A stretch of DNA of 45,020 nucleotides, from NCBI GenBank assembly GCA_027619655.1, contig JAQCHR010000001.1, positions 1-45,020 of the forward strand. The letters are read 5' to 3'. Positions 17,546-27,154 of this stretch are shown here, piece after piece. Every line of letters starts with the position of its first letter. Positions within the stretch are counted from its first letter, which is position 1. Source of the DNA: Pseudomonadota bacterium (GTDB lineage: Bacteria; Pseudomonadota; Alphaproteobacteria; UBA8366; GCA-2717185). The notes beneath the pieces are model-generated. The model made no database searches, was not told where the DNA came from, and saw only the letters and a program-made list of their open reading frames with translations. The position numbers were made by a program, and so were the translations under genes.

Positions 17546-18676
17546 ATGTCGATAAATGCAATCCGCAAGGCGCTGGCCGTGCACGGGCTGATCCTGCGCG
17601 GCGGGTTTCATCCGGTTGATGAAGACGCGGCGCCGCCGGAAACGGGTACAATCCTGCTGGTCGGCAATGCCGGCCCGGCCATGTGGCAGTCGTTCAAGGC
17701 CACCCGCCCGGCGGGTTCCGACCCGCTGGACGCCTGGACCCGGCAGGTGCTGGAACCCATCGCCGGGCAGTTCGGCGCAAGGGTGCTGTTCCCCTTCGAG
17801 GGCCCGCCCTACCAGCCGTTTCAACGCTGGGCGGAACGGGCGGAAAATATCCGGCGTTCGCCGCTCGGCATGATGATCCACCCGGAATTCGGCCTGTGGC
17901 ACGCCTGGCGCGGCGCGTTTGCTTTCCGCGAGCGGCTGCCGCTGCCCGAACGCGAGAACCGCAAAGCGCCCTGTCCGGATTGTGCGGCAAAACCATGCTT
18001 ATCGGCCTGCCCTGTATCCGCTTTCGGAGATGCCGGTTACGACACGCATGCCTGCGCCGCGTGGTTGCGAAGTCCGGCGGGCGCTGACTGCCTATCCGGC
18101 GGATGTGTCGCCCGGCATGCCTGCCCCGTGGGGACGGCATTTGCCTATGGGCCGGATCAGGCGGCACTGCACATGGCGGCATTCCTGGGCGGCCAGGCGG
18201 ATTCCGGGCTGCGCCTGCGCGCCTATAGATGGAAGGATGCCGAAGCACTGGCCCGCCTGTTTCATGACAGTGTGCACCGCGCGGCAGCCGCAGATTACAC
18301 ACCGGAACAACGCGATGCCTGGTCGCCCCGGATTCCCGACCCGGAATGGATTCAGGAAAGGGTCGCTTCATGCGACACGGCCGTCATCGAAACGGAGGAT
18401 GCGATCGCAGGGTTTTCCAGCCTCGGAAAGGCCGGTCTTATCGATATGTTCTATGTGCATCCCGGCTGGCAGCGATGCGGCGTCGGGCGCCTGCTCTACC
18501 GGCGCATCGAAGGAATCGCCCGACGGCAGGGACACAGGCACCTGACCGCCGATGTCAGCATCACCGCGAGACCGTTTTTCGAATCAATGGGGTTCACCGT
18601 TGCCCGGCAGCAGGCGGTATCGCGCGGCGGCGTCACACTTACCAATTTCGCGATGATAAAGCAGTTTACGCGGTAG
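17546..18676 (+). CDS. fusion protein: N-terminal di-[4Fe-4S] ferredoxin-like domain plus C-terminal GNAT N-acetyltransferase
   Basis: 376 aa. Cys clusters CPDCAAKPCLSACP and CLSGGCVARHACP lie in residues ~140-200. A GNAT core with motif A (WQRCGVGRLLYRRIE) lies in residues ~225-376. Confidence 0.8.
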   Translation: MSINAIRKALAVHGLILRGGFHPVDEDAAPPETGTILLVGNAGPAMWQSFKATRPAGSDPLDAWTRQVLEPIAGQFGARVLFPFEGPPYQPFQRWAERAENIRRSPLGMMIHPEFGLWHAWRGAFAFRERLPLPERENRKAPCPDCAAKPCLSACPVSAFGDAGYDTHACAAWLRSPAGADCLSGGCVARHACPVGTAFAYGPDQAALHMAAFLGGQADSGLRLRAYRWKDAEALARLFHDSVHRAAAADYTPEQRDAWSPRIPDPEWIQERVASCDTAVIETEDAIAGFSSLGKAGLIDMFYVHPGWQRCGVGRLLYRRIEGIARRQGHRHLTADVSITARPFFESMGFTVARQQAVSRGGVTLTNFAMIKQFTR

Positions 18677-20498
18677 CGCTTTCCGCGGCCTCGATAGCGG
18701 CCAGGAAGGTATCGGCGAAGTCGCGCAGCTTGGCCGCCCCGACACCATGCACCTCCGCGAACTGGCTGTGCGTCCGGGGCCGGCTTTGCGCCATGTCCTG
18801 CAGGGACCGGTCGGAGAATACCACATAGGCCGGCACGCCGCGCTCGCTAGCGAGGTCGCGCCGCAATTTCTTCAGCACGCCAAGCAGCGCAGCATCCGCG
18901 GGCGTCAGCCCGGCGGCAACCTCCCGCGCCAGCGCTTTCGACGTTTTTTCCTGTTTGATCGTATCGGCCCGGTAGGCGAAGGCCGCGTCGCCCCGCAGCA
19001 GTTTCCGGCCGTCATCGGTCAGCGCGAGGCCGCCATACCCTGCTACATCGAGCCGCAGATATCCCGCCGCGACGAGCTGGCGGATGATCGATCGCCAGGC
19101 ATCCTTGCTGCGCCCCGCGCCCGCACCGAAGCCCGCCACCGCATCATGGCCAGCCGCGCGGATTTTTTCGGTATCCGCGCCGCGCAGCACATCGACGATA
19201 TGCGACGCCCCGAAGCGCTGCCCCGTCTGCTGCACAACGGTTAGCGCCTGTTGGCCTTCGACAAGGCCATCGACCATCTCCACCGGGTTAAGGCAGATAT
19301 CGCAATTGCCGCACTCTTTTATCTCATCGCCGAAATAGGCGAGCAGCGTCCGCCGCCGGCAGGAAGGCGCTTCACAAAAGCCGATCAGCGCGTCGAGACG
19401 TTTATGTTCACGCCGCCGCCGATCGTCATCACCGCTGTCTTCCTGTTCGATGAAAACCCGGCGCATGCGGATATCGTCCAGCCCATACAGCATATGCGCT
19501 TCGGCGGCCTCGCCGTCGCGCCCGGCGCGGCCGATTTCCTGGTAGTAGGCCTCCATGCTGCCGGGCAGGTCGGTGTGCAGCACGAACCGGATATCCGGTT
19601 TGTCTATTCCCATTCCGAAGGCAATCGTCGCCACCATCACGCTGCCCGGTTCGGTCATGAAGGTGTCCTGGTTCGCGTCGCGCTCCCCCTTGTCCATGCC
19701 CGCGTGGTATGGCAGGGCGGGGATGCCGTTGTCGCACAGCATCCTGGCGACGCTTTCCGTTTTCTTGCGCGACAGGCAGTAGACAATCCCGCTATCGCCC
19801 TTATGCGCCGCGACGAAGTCGAGGATCTGGCGCGTACCGCCGCTTTTCATTTCAACGGAGAGCCGGATGTTCGGCCGGTCGAATCCGGCCACGAAAATCT
19901 CGCCATCGCCACCGAACAGCTTTGCCGCGATATCGTTGCGCGTTGCCTTGTCCGCAGTCGCCGTCAATGCCGCTATCGGCACGCCGGGGAACTGGTCCCG
20001 CAACCGCGCCAGGGATTCGTAATCGGGACGGAAGGCCGGGCCCCATTGCGAGATGCAATGCGCCTCGTCAATGGCGATCAGCCGCACGGGCAGGCGCTGC
20101 AATGCGGACAGCATGCGGTCGGTCATCAGCCGTTCCGGTGACAGATACAGCAACGGCGATTCCCCCGCGGCGACGCGGCGCCAGGCATCGACATTTTCCA
20201 TGCGGTCACGCGACGAATTGATCGTTTCGGCCGGCACGCCCGCAAGCCGCAATGCGGCGACCTGGTCGTGCATCAAAGCCACCAGCGGCGATACGACGAT
20301 GGTCAACCCGCCCAGAACCATGCCCGAAATCTGGAAACACAATGACTTGCCCGAACCCGTGGGCATCACGGCCAGCGTATTGCGCCCGCAGAGCAATGAC
20401 CGGACGACCGGTTCCTGGGCGCCGCGAAAGTCGGAATAACCGAATATGTCGTGCAGAAGCTTACGCGCCCTGGCCTGCCGGTCTACTGCTTCATTCAT
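18666..20498 (-). CDS. recQ: ATP-dependent DNA helicase RecQ
   Basis: 610 aa. Walker A (PTGSGKS), DEAH box (IDEAHCISQWG), RecQ-Ct zinc motif (CRRR..CGNCDIC) and a C-terminal HRDC region. Confidence 0.95.
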   Translation of the reverse strand: MNEAVDRQARARKLLHDIFGYSDFRGAQEPVVRSLLCGRNTLAVMPTGSGKSLCFQISGMVLGGLTIVVSPLVALMHDQVAALRLAGVPAETINSSRDRMENVDAWRRVAAGESPLLYLSPERLMTDRMLSALQRLPVRLIAIDEAHCISQWGPAFRPDYESLARLRDQFPGVPIAALTATADKATRNDIAAKLFGGDGEIFVAGFDRPNIRLSVEMKSGGTRQILDFVAAHKGDSGIVYCLSRKKTESVARMLCDNGIPALPYHAGMDKGERDANQDTFMTEPGSVMVATIAFGMGIDKPDIRFVLHTDLPGSMEAYYQEIGRAGRDGEAAEAHMLYGLDDIRMRRVFIEQEDSGDDDRRRREHKRLDALIGFCEAPSCRRRTLLAYFGDEIKECGNCDICLNPVEMVDGLVEGQQALTVVQQTGQRFGASHIVDVLRGADTEKIRAAGHDAVAGFGAGAGRSKDAWRSIIRQLVAAGYLRLDVAGYGGLALTDDGRKLLRGDAAFAYRADTIKQEKTSKALAREVAAGLTPADAALLGVLKKLRRDLASERGVPAYVVFSDRSLQDMAQSRPRTHSQFAEVHGVGAAKLRDFADTFLAAIEAAESATA

Positions 20499-20572
20499 GG
20501 CGCCGCCGCCCCCTGCCGGATGGCCGGGTCACCGGAGGGAACATGATCATCTGCTATGGGTATCACGCCGCT

Positions 20573-21088
20573 TCAATTCTTGAGCTTGCTGCGATTGTAG
20601 CGCAATTCCTCTTCGCTCAGTTCCAGGCCGACAAAAATGGAGAAGGAATCCGTTTCGACGCCGGGGCTCAGGGGAATTGTCAGGGTCAGCACATCTTCGA
20701 ACGAGATCGACTTCCGGCTGACATAGGGTGTTTCCGCCGAAAACGTCTGGCGGCTGAGAATATTGCGTTGCAGATCGGTGATCGCTACGAAATAGGGTAT
20801 CGTGGCGCTTTCGGTCCGGTTTGCCGGGCCGCGGCGCGTGACAATCCGCACCGCCAGGTCCACCAGCAGGTTCTCATCGTCGCGCTGGCAGCTACCGCCA
20901 ACGCGATCGATCCAGGCTTCCAGCAGAACATCCGTCGGATCACGCCCCGGGCCGGGATTGAACCGGGTCACATCGCCGAGTCCGCGCAGGACATCGACAT
21001 CAGGACAGGCGATCCGGCTGTCTTTCTCGCCCGCGCAGGCAGCCAGCAACATGCCGACGGCAATCAGTAATCCGGTACGCGCCAGCAT
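20573..21088 (-). CDS. lipoprotein of unknown function
   Basis: 171 aa from ATG 21088. Signal peptide with lipobox LLAAC ([20 protein letters not shown]). The upstream extension of the 207-aa ORF overlaps the next gene. Confidence 0.65.
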   Translation of the reverse strand: MLARTGLLIAVGMLLAACAGEKDSRIACPDVDVLRGLGDVTRFNPGPGRDPTDVLLEAWIDRVGGSCQRDDENLLVDLAVRIVTRRGPANRTESATIPYFVAITDLQRNILSRQTFSAETPYVSRKSISFEDVLTLTIPLSPGVETDSFSIFVGLELSEEELRYNRSKLKN

Positions 21089-21104
21089 GTTCAAAGCCTT
21101 CCGA

Positions 21105-21356
21105 CTACAGATCCCCGTGGGCGCCATCGCAGAGCGGCTTGTTGTCCGTAGCCTTGCAGCCGCAGAAATAAACCGTCTTGCTGCGCGGCGCGACATACTC
21201 CATCGGCGACAGGCCGGTGCCCTTGTGGCTGCCGTCGCAAAAGGGTTGCGCCTTGCTCTGGCCGCAGGCGCACCACCAGTAACTGTCGCCCTTGGTTACC
21301 GCAACTTCATAAGGCGCCTTCTGTGCAATCACCGGGTCTGTCATGGCTTGTTTCAT
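21105..21356 (-). CDS. CDGSH iron-sulfur domain protein (two CDGSH motifs)
   Basis: 83 aa. Two complete C-x-C-x2-(S/T)-x3-P-x-C-D-G-(S/A)-H motifs: CACGQSKAQPFCDGSH and CGCKATDNKPLCDGAH. The ATG at 21344 (MTDP), with GGGGA 9 nt upstream, is an alternative start. Confidence 0.85.
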   Translation of the reverse strand: MKQAMTDPVIAQKAPYEVAVTKGDSYWWCACGQSKAQPFCDGSHKGTGLSPMEYVAPRSKTVYFCGCKATDNKPLCDGAHGDL

Positions 21357-21509
21357 CCCCCTGTAGACTATATTAGGTTCGCGCCGGTTGCTGTCTGGCG
21401 GATAACCGTCATGGACAGCGGCATAAATGAATGAGGGTTTTATGGGCACCGGGCAGCAGGGCGTCAAGCGAATGTATGGCATCGTCAAACACCGAATGCG
21501 CCGCTGACG

Positions 21510-22469
21510 ATGGCCGTCTATACCGATGTCGGCGACGAGGAACTCGTCGCGTTTGTCGCCGCTTACGATATCGGCGAGGTCATATCGTTCAAGGGCATTG
21601 CCGAAGGCGTGGAAAACTCGAACTACCTGCTGCAGACGACCGCAGGCAGCCATATCCTGACCCTTTACGAGAAGCGGGTAAAACCCGAAGACCTGCCCTA
21701 TTTCATCGGTTACATGGAGCATCTGGCGGCGCAGGACATCGCCTGTCCGACGCCGTTGCACGCCCGCGACGGCAACGCGTTGCGCGAATTATGCGGGCGA
21801 CCGGCCGCCATCGTCACCTTTCTGAAGGGCATGTGGCCGCGGCGCATCCTGCCGGGCCATTGCGCCCAGCTGGGCAACGCCATGGCCAGAATGCATCTGG
21901 CCGGCGCCGGGTTTTCCATGCAACGCGCCAACAGCCTGTCTGTTGGCGCCTGGCGCGGTTTGTTCGAATCCTGCGCGGCACGCGCGCATGAAGTCCGCGA
22001 CGGTCTGGACTCTTTGCTCGAAACGGAAATCGGCTTCCTGGAAGCGAACTGGCCGGCCGGCCTGCCATCCGGCGTTTGCCATGCGGACCTGTTTCCCGAC
22101 AACGTCTTCTTCCTGGACGACAGGCTGTCCGGGGTCATCGACTTTTATTTCGCCTGCAACGATTTCTATGCCTATGACATCGCCATCTGCCTCAACGCCT
22201 GGTGCTTCGAACGCGATGGCAGTTTCAACGTCACCAAGGCGCAGCTGATGCTGTCCGAGTACCGCAAGGTCCGGCCGCTTGCCGACGACGAATTGCAGGC
22301 GTTGCCGGTCCTGGCGCGCGGCAGTGCTACCCGGTTTTTGCTGACCCGGCTGTATGACTGGCTGAACCACCCGGAAGGCGCGATGGTCCAGCCGAAAGAC
22401 CCCCTGGAATATCTCGGCTTCCTGCAGTTTCATCAGCAGATATCCGGGCCTGGCGCATACGGCCTCTGA
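21510..22469 (+). CDS. thrB: homoserine kinase, type II (APH-fold ThrB)
   Basis: 319 aa with the canonical N-terminus [12 protein letters not shown] and the kinase catalytic block [12 protein letters not shown]. Confidence 0.9.
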   Translation: MAVYTDVGDEELVAFVAAYDIGEVISFKGIAEGVENSNYLLQTTAGSHILTLYEKRVKPEDLPYFIGYMEHLAAQDIACPTPLHARDGNALRELCGRPAAIVTFLKGMWPRRILPGHCAQLGNAMARMHLAGAGFSMQRANSLSVGAWRGLFESCAARAHEVRDGLDSLLETEIGFLEANWPAGLPSGVCHADLFPDNVFFLDDRLSGVIDFYFACNDFYAYDIAICLNAWCFERDGSFNVTKAQLMLSEYRKVRPLADDELQALPVLARGSATRFLLTRLYDWLNHPEGAMVQPKDPLEYLGFLQFHQQISGPGAYGL

Positions 22470-22927
22470 TGACCGACGACAGCACCGACAAAATCGATAT
22501 TTTCACCGATGGCGCCTGCAGCGGCAATCCGGGCCCGGGCGGCTGGGGGGCGATCCTGCGCTATCGCAGCACGGAAAAGGAACTGAACGGCGGCGAAGCG
22601 GAAACCACCAACAACCGGATGGAAATGCTGGCGGCCATCATGGCGCTGGAAGCGATCAAAAGACCCGTCCGCGCCGTGGTCCATACGGACAGCACCTATC
22701 TGCGCGACGGCATCACCAAATGGATCCACGCGTGGAAAAAGCGCGGCTGGAAGACCGCGGCAAAGAAACCGGTGAAGAATGTGGATCTGTGGCAGCGCCT
22801 GGAAGCGGCCATCGAAGACCATGAGGTCGAATGGCGCTGGGTCAAGGGCCATGCCGGCCATCCCGAAAACGAACGCGCCGACGAACTCGCCCGCGAAGGG
22901 GCAAGGGCATACGGCGGAAGGCAGTAG
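22469..22927 (+). CDS. rnhA: ribonuclease HI
   Basis: 152 aa. Motifs seen: [21 protein letters not shown]-like, and [14 protein letters not shown]. Its ATG overlaps the thrB stop (TGATG). Confidence 0.95.
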   Translation: MTDDSTDKIDIFTDGACSGNPGPGGWGAILRYRSTEKELNGGEAETTNNRMEMLAAIMALEAIKRPVRAVVHTDSTYLRDGITKWIHAWKKRGWKTAAKKPVKNVDLWQRLEAAIEDHEVEWRWVKGHAGHPENERADELAREGARAYGGRQ

Positions 22928-22954
22928 CGCCTTCCGCCGCGTATCAATCAGCCC

Positions 22955-23437
22955 TTAGAGAGACTCGAGAACGCTTTCCGCGCTGGAGATTGTCAGCGCG
23001 CCGCCTTCTTCCTCTTTCAGCGTCTTCACAACACCATTATCGACGACCATGGCATAGCGCTTCGAACGCACGCCAAGGCCACGCGCGGACAGGTCCAGCT
23101 CCAGACCGGCCGCCTTGGTGAACTCGCCGCTGCCATCGGCAAGCATCGCGATGTTTTCGCCGACACCCTGGTCCTTGCCCCAGGCACCCATGACGAACGC
23201 GTCGTTCACCGCGACGCAGGCAATGGCGTCGATGCCCTTCGCCTTGATGGCCGCTGAATTGTTCAGGAAGCCCGGAACATGCTTCGCGGAGCATGTCGGC
23301 GTGAACGCCCCCGGCACCGCGAACAGCACAACCTTGCGGCCCTTGAAGAAATCGTCTGTCGATACGGCGGCGGGGCCATCAGCGCCCATTTGATACAGCG
23401 TCGCCGAAGGAATCTTGTCGCCAACTTTGATTGTCAT
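22955..23437 (-). CDS. peroxiredoxin (Prx5/PrxD subfamily)
   Basis: 160 aa from ATG 23437, preceded by GGGAGAAG. Peroxidatic Cys motif PGAFTPTCS. The track's start at 23449 is a TTG. Confidence 0.9.
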   Translation of the reverse strand: MTIKVGDKIPSATLYQMGADGPAAVSTDDFFKGRKVVLFAVPGAFTPTCSAKHVPGFLNNSAAIKAKGIDAIACVAVNDAFVMGAWGKDQGVGENIAMLADGSGEFTKAAGLELDLSARGLGVRSKRYAMVVDNGVVKTLKEEEGGALTISSAESVLESL

Positions 23438-23560
23438 GTCTTCTCCCAACCCTCCAAAATAGAAACATTTTTATGTGCGGTTTCGTCTGGGCAGATACTT
23501 AAACCCGCGACCACGCAAGTCCAGCCCGAATTCGCCATCATTGGCGCATAAATATCGTTT

Positions 23561-25714
23561 CTAGCGGGAAACCGCGTGACGGCCGCCAGCGGCGCGGGCC
23601 GCGATACTGAGAACAGCGGCATCAGTCAAAAGTTCGGGAAGGGCTATTCCGTCAGGTGCCTCCGGCCCGTAGATCGCGTTGAACGGGATGCCGTAACGGC
23701 CAAAACCCGCAAGGTATGCGGCGATGGCCGGGTCGGGCCGGGTCCAGTCCGCGCGCATGGCCGTAACCTCGTCACCTGCGAGCCATGCCGCAACCTCGCC
23801 CTGTTCCAGCACCAGCTTCTTGTTGACCTGACAGGTGATGCACCAATCCGCGGTGACATCGACAAAAACGGTCCCGCCACCGGCAACAATGCGGCGCAGT
23901 TCCGCCATATCGAAGACCTGCCAGCCGGCCTGCAACTGTTTTGATGATATGCCGGGATCCGGCGCACGAACGACAGGCAATGCCAGCGCGGCAAGCGCCA
24001 GAAGGGTCACCGCGGCGCCCGAATACCGGCCAAGACGGGAGCCCGGCACGTGCCGCAACGCAAAGACCGCTGCGATAAGGGCCATCATCGCGCCGAGCAG
24101 GATGGCGCCTTCCGTTCCAATCTGAACCGCAATGACGCTCAGCAGCCAGACCGCTGTCGCGGCCAGCGCCAGCCCCAGAATACGGCGCAGGGTTATCATC
24201 CACGGGCCGGGACGCGGCAGTGCGGTGGCAACCCGGGGAAAGGCGGCCACGGCGACATACGGCAGCGCGAGGCCAAGCCCAAGCGCGGCGAAGACCATCA
24301 GGATCTCCGGTGCCTCGCGGCTCAGCGCAAAGCCGATGGCTGTGCCGACGAATGGCGCGGAACAGGGTGTCGCCAGCAGGGTCGCAAAGGCGCCGGTCAG
24401 GAAATGCCCACCCAGCGACGGCCCGTTACCGGCGGAAAGCGCCAGCCCAGACATCCATTGCGGCAACGATATTTCAAACATGCCAAACAGGTTGCAGGCG
24501 AACAGCGTTACCACGACCACCATGAAGGCCAGGAAGACCGGTTGCTGAAACTGAATGCCCCATCCGGCAACAAACCCCGCCGCCGTCACCGCGATCAGCG
24601 CCGCCGCGATCACCAGCATCGACGCCACAATGCCCGCCGCCGTCGCCAGGAATCCGGCACGCACATCGGATGCATGGCCGCCGCCATGGCTGACGGCGGC
24701 CAGCAGCTTGATCGACAGGACCGGCAGCACGCAGGGCATCAGGTTCAGGATCAGCCCACCCAGCACCGCGAGCAACAGCGCGCGCCAGAGCGGCAGCGCC
24801 GCCGCCGGCTCGCCCCCGGGCCGGGGTATTGCGGTCAGGGCTGCAAGCGGTTCACCGAGACGCACGGGCAGAATTCGTTCGATCGCCCGCTTGCCATCGA
24901 CCAGCGTCACCGTGAAGTTGCCGCCATCCAGGTCAACCGCGGTTGCCCCGGCACCTTTCACTTCCAGCAACGCCCGCTTGCCGGATTCGGCGATAACGAC
25001 AGCAGGCTTGCCGAAAAGCGTGTCCTTTGGCGCCTCGATAAAAACATCGGGTGCGTCGAAACCGGTGTCGCTGCGCAGAGCAAGCTGCAGGACGGGGTCC
25101 TTGCCCCGGTTGATCAGAACGGCATTTTCAATGGACAATCCGCCACTGGAATCGGGTCCGGGCACCAGCGCGGCGAATCGCTCGACAAGACCGGATTCGA
25201 TCCCCGGTCCGGCTGTTCCCGACGGCAGGTCCAGCGCCAGCGCCGCCTCATAGGGAATGCAGATATCCTTGCAGGCGAGATAACGGATATTGGCCCTGAG
25301 CCGCAACGGCTGACCCGGGTTTTCCAGCGCGACCGCCAGCGGCAGCAACACCTCGTCGGCATATCCCAGCGTTTCCAGCCCGAAGATGGAAAACCGCTTC
25401 GGCGCGGGCCAGGCCATCGACACCGCGCGCATATTCTCGGACCCGGCCCAGTCGGGGTCCGGCGGAAACCCGGCATCGCCCGGCGACCGCCAGTAAATCT
25501 TCCAGCCCGGCCGCATCCGGAAATGCAGGCCCAGCCGAACGGAATCTGCATCGCCCACCGCATCCATGACCGACACAAGACGCGTATCGACGTGATCATT
25601 TGTGTTCCAGGCGCCTGTCGCCGCGTACCCCGCCGATAAGGACATCAGACACAACAGCATGGCGATTGCCGCCTGTACGATCCGGGTTACGGGCAAGAAA
25701 CGATTCTCCTCCAT
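23561..25714 (-). CDS. dsbD: DsbD/ScsB-like thiol:disulfide interchange membrane protein
   Basis: 717 aa. Signal peptide plus a periplasmic N-domain, a DsbD transmembrane core with PCVLP and TPCSAPF Cys motifs, and a C-terminal thioredoxin domain with WCITCQ. Confidence 0.85.
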   Translation of the reverse strand: MEENRFLPVTRIVQAAIAMLLCLMSLSAGYAATGAWNTNDHVDTRLVSVMDAVGDADSVRLGLHFRMRPGWKIYWRSPGDAGFPPDPDWAGSENMRAVSMAWPAPKRFSIFGLETLGYADEVLLPLAVALENPGQPLRLRANIRYLACKDICIPYEAALALDLPSGTAGPGIESGLVERFAALVPGPDSSGGLSIENAVLINRGKDPVLQLALRSDTGFDAPDVFIEAPKDTLFGKPAVVIAESGKRALLEVKGAGATAVDLDGGNFTVTLVDGKRAIERILPVRLGEPLAALTAIPRPGGEPAAALPLWRALLLAVLGGLILNLMPCVLPVLSIKLLAAVSHGGGHASDVRAGFLATAAGIVASMLVIAAALIAVTAAGFVAGWGIQFQQPVFLAFMVVVVTLFACNLFGMFEISLPQWMSGLALSAGNGPSLGGHFLTGAFATLLATPCSAPFVGTAIGFALSREAPEILMVFAALGLGLALPYVAVAAFPRVATALPRPGPWMITLRRILGLALAATAVWLLSVIAVQIGTEGAILLGAMMALIAAVFALRHVPGSRLGRYSGAAVTLLALAALALPVVRAPDPGISSKQLQAGWQVFDMAELRRIVAGGGTVFVDVTADWCITCQVNKKLVLEQGEVAAWLAGDEVTAMRADWTRPDPAIAAYLAGFGRYGIPFNAIYGPEAPDGIALPELLTDAAVLSIAARAAGGRHAVSR

Positions 25715-25906
25715 TGGCTTTCAACGATTGCACGGACTATATAATGTTCCGGTTTCGAAAGAACGGGTCACTTTTCCGTCAGGGTCTTTTGTGGTATGCT
25801 GCACTGCAATAGACCGATACGCGGGATATCCGTGCAGCCAGATTTACCTGCACCCGATATAACCCCGATACGTGATACAGGACACAGATACAAAGAGGCC
25901 ATCGAC

Positions 25907-26482
25907 ATGAGTGGAAAGGACAGCACTTCCGGTTATCTGAAAGGCCAGCTTCTGGCCGCCATGCCGACGATGCAGGATCCACGGTTTGAACGCTCGGTCA
26001 TTTTCCTGTGCGCGCATAATGCGGATGGCGCAATGGGGCTGATCGTGAACAGACCCCTCAAGGAATTGAGCTTCAAAGAACTGCTCGACCAGCTTGGTAT
26101 CGAACGCGGCGATTCGACCAATGAAATCAAGGTCCAGTATGGCGGGCCGGTTGAAACGGGCCGCGGATTCGTTCTTCATTCGCCGGAATACGAACAGAAC
26201 GGCACCATTTCCGTCGACAACCGGGTTGGATTAACGGCGACGATCGAAATCCTGCGCGATATTGCGAGAAACCGCGGGCCGCAGCATTCGCTGCTGGCGC
26301 TGGGCTATGCGGGCTGGGGCTCCGGACAGCTGGAAAGCGAAATCCAGCAGAATGCCTGGCTGAACGTGCCGGCCGATGACAGCCTCCTGTTCGATCACGA
26401 CAACGACACCAGGTGGGAGCGGGCGATCGCGAAACTGGGGGTCGACCTGTCGCTGCTCTCCGGCGAGCACGGCCACGCGTAG
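25907..26482 (+). CDS. yqgE: YqgE/AlgH family protein
   Basis: 191 aa from ATG 25907 (AGAGG upstream). Conserved head: LLAAMPTMQDPRFERSVIFLCAHNADGAMGLIVNRP. Confidence 0.9.
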   Translation: MSGKDSTSGYLKGQLLAAMPTMQDPRFERSVIFLCAHNADGAMGLIVNRPLKELSFKELLDQLGIERGDSTNEIKVQYGGPVETGRGFVLHSPEYEQNGTISVDNRVGLTATIEILRDIARNRGPQHSLLALGYAGWGSGQLESEIQQNAWLNVPADDSLLFDHDNDTRWERAIAKLGVDLSLLSGEHGHA

Positions 26483-26500
26483 AGTACCGTCACCGGTCTT

Positions 26501-27100
26501 TCAGTCATACATCGGGACGACCGGCCGGGGGTCGGTCCGCAAAATCGCGTAACAGACGTGATCCTGCCACATCCCGTCAATCCGCAGAAATTTCCGCGCC
26601 AGCCCCTCCTGAACGAAACCGCTTTTCTCCAGCAACCCGCGGCTCGGCCCGTTTGACGGCAGACCGGCGGCCTCGATCCGGTGCAGGCCAAGCGTATCGA
26701 AGGAAAAATTCAGCAGCAGTTGCACCGCTTCCGACATGACGCCCTTGCGGGCGTAAGGGGCGCCGACCCAGTAACCGACGCTGCCGCTCTGCGCCACGCG
26801 ACGCCGGATATTGGACAGGGTAATGCCCCCGCACAACCTGTCGTCACTGCGGTTGAAAATAAGGAAAGAATAGGTGGTCCCGTCCCGCCATTCTGCGGAA
26901 AACCGTTTCAGGCGGCGGCGGAACGCGGCGGGCGAGGTCGCGTCACTCGGCCATTTGGGCTCCCAGCGTTCCAGAAAGGAACGGCTGACCTCGCGAATCT
27001 CCGCCCATTGCTTTTCATCCTGGCGCTGCAATGGCCGCAGGATAACCCTGGGGCCGACCAGCCGAATGGACGGTGCATTGTGCGACAATAATCCGAACAT
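26501..27100 (-). CDS. GNAT family N-acetyltransferase (RimJ/RimL-like)
   Basis: 199 aa, RimJ-like layout (LRPLQRQDEKQW.., GYWVGAPYARKGVMSEAV, LHRIEAAGLPSN). Confidence 0.85.
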   Translation of the reverse strand: MFGLLSHNAPSIRLVGPRVILRPLQRQDEKQWAEIREVSRSFLERWEPKWPSDATSPAAFRRRLKRFSAEWRDGTTYSFLIFNRSDDRLCGGITLSNIRRRVAQSGSVGYWVGAPYARKGVMSEAVQLLLNFSFDTLGLHRIEAAGLPSNGPSRGLLEKSGFVQEGLARKFLRIDGMWQDHVCYAILRTDPRPVVPMYD

Positions 27101-27154
27101 GGCCCTATTCGTTACATCCCCGCAGTTATCCTGATCTCGTCACCGTTGAAACGG

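Noticed and set aside
21357-21761. N-terminal 135 residues of the 218-aa ORF containing the CDGSH protein.
   Set aside because: The extension overlaps the divergent thrB start region and has no protein-like features. Two ATGs with upstream purine-rich tracts sit immediately before the CDGSH domain.
25715-25906. Known regulator boxes in spacers. I looked for an EcfG-type GGAAC-N16/17-CGTT upstream of dsbD, CtrA TTAA-N7-TTAA in 43533-43734, and FNR/FixK TTGAT-N4-ATCAA upstream of ctaC. A perfect TATAAT lies at 25740-25745.
   Set aside because: The GGAAC...CGTT spacing is 19 nt. Only half-sites were found for CtrA and FNR. The TATAAT lacks a -35 at usable spacing. None meets its consensus well enough to call.
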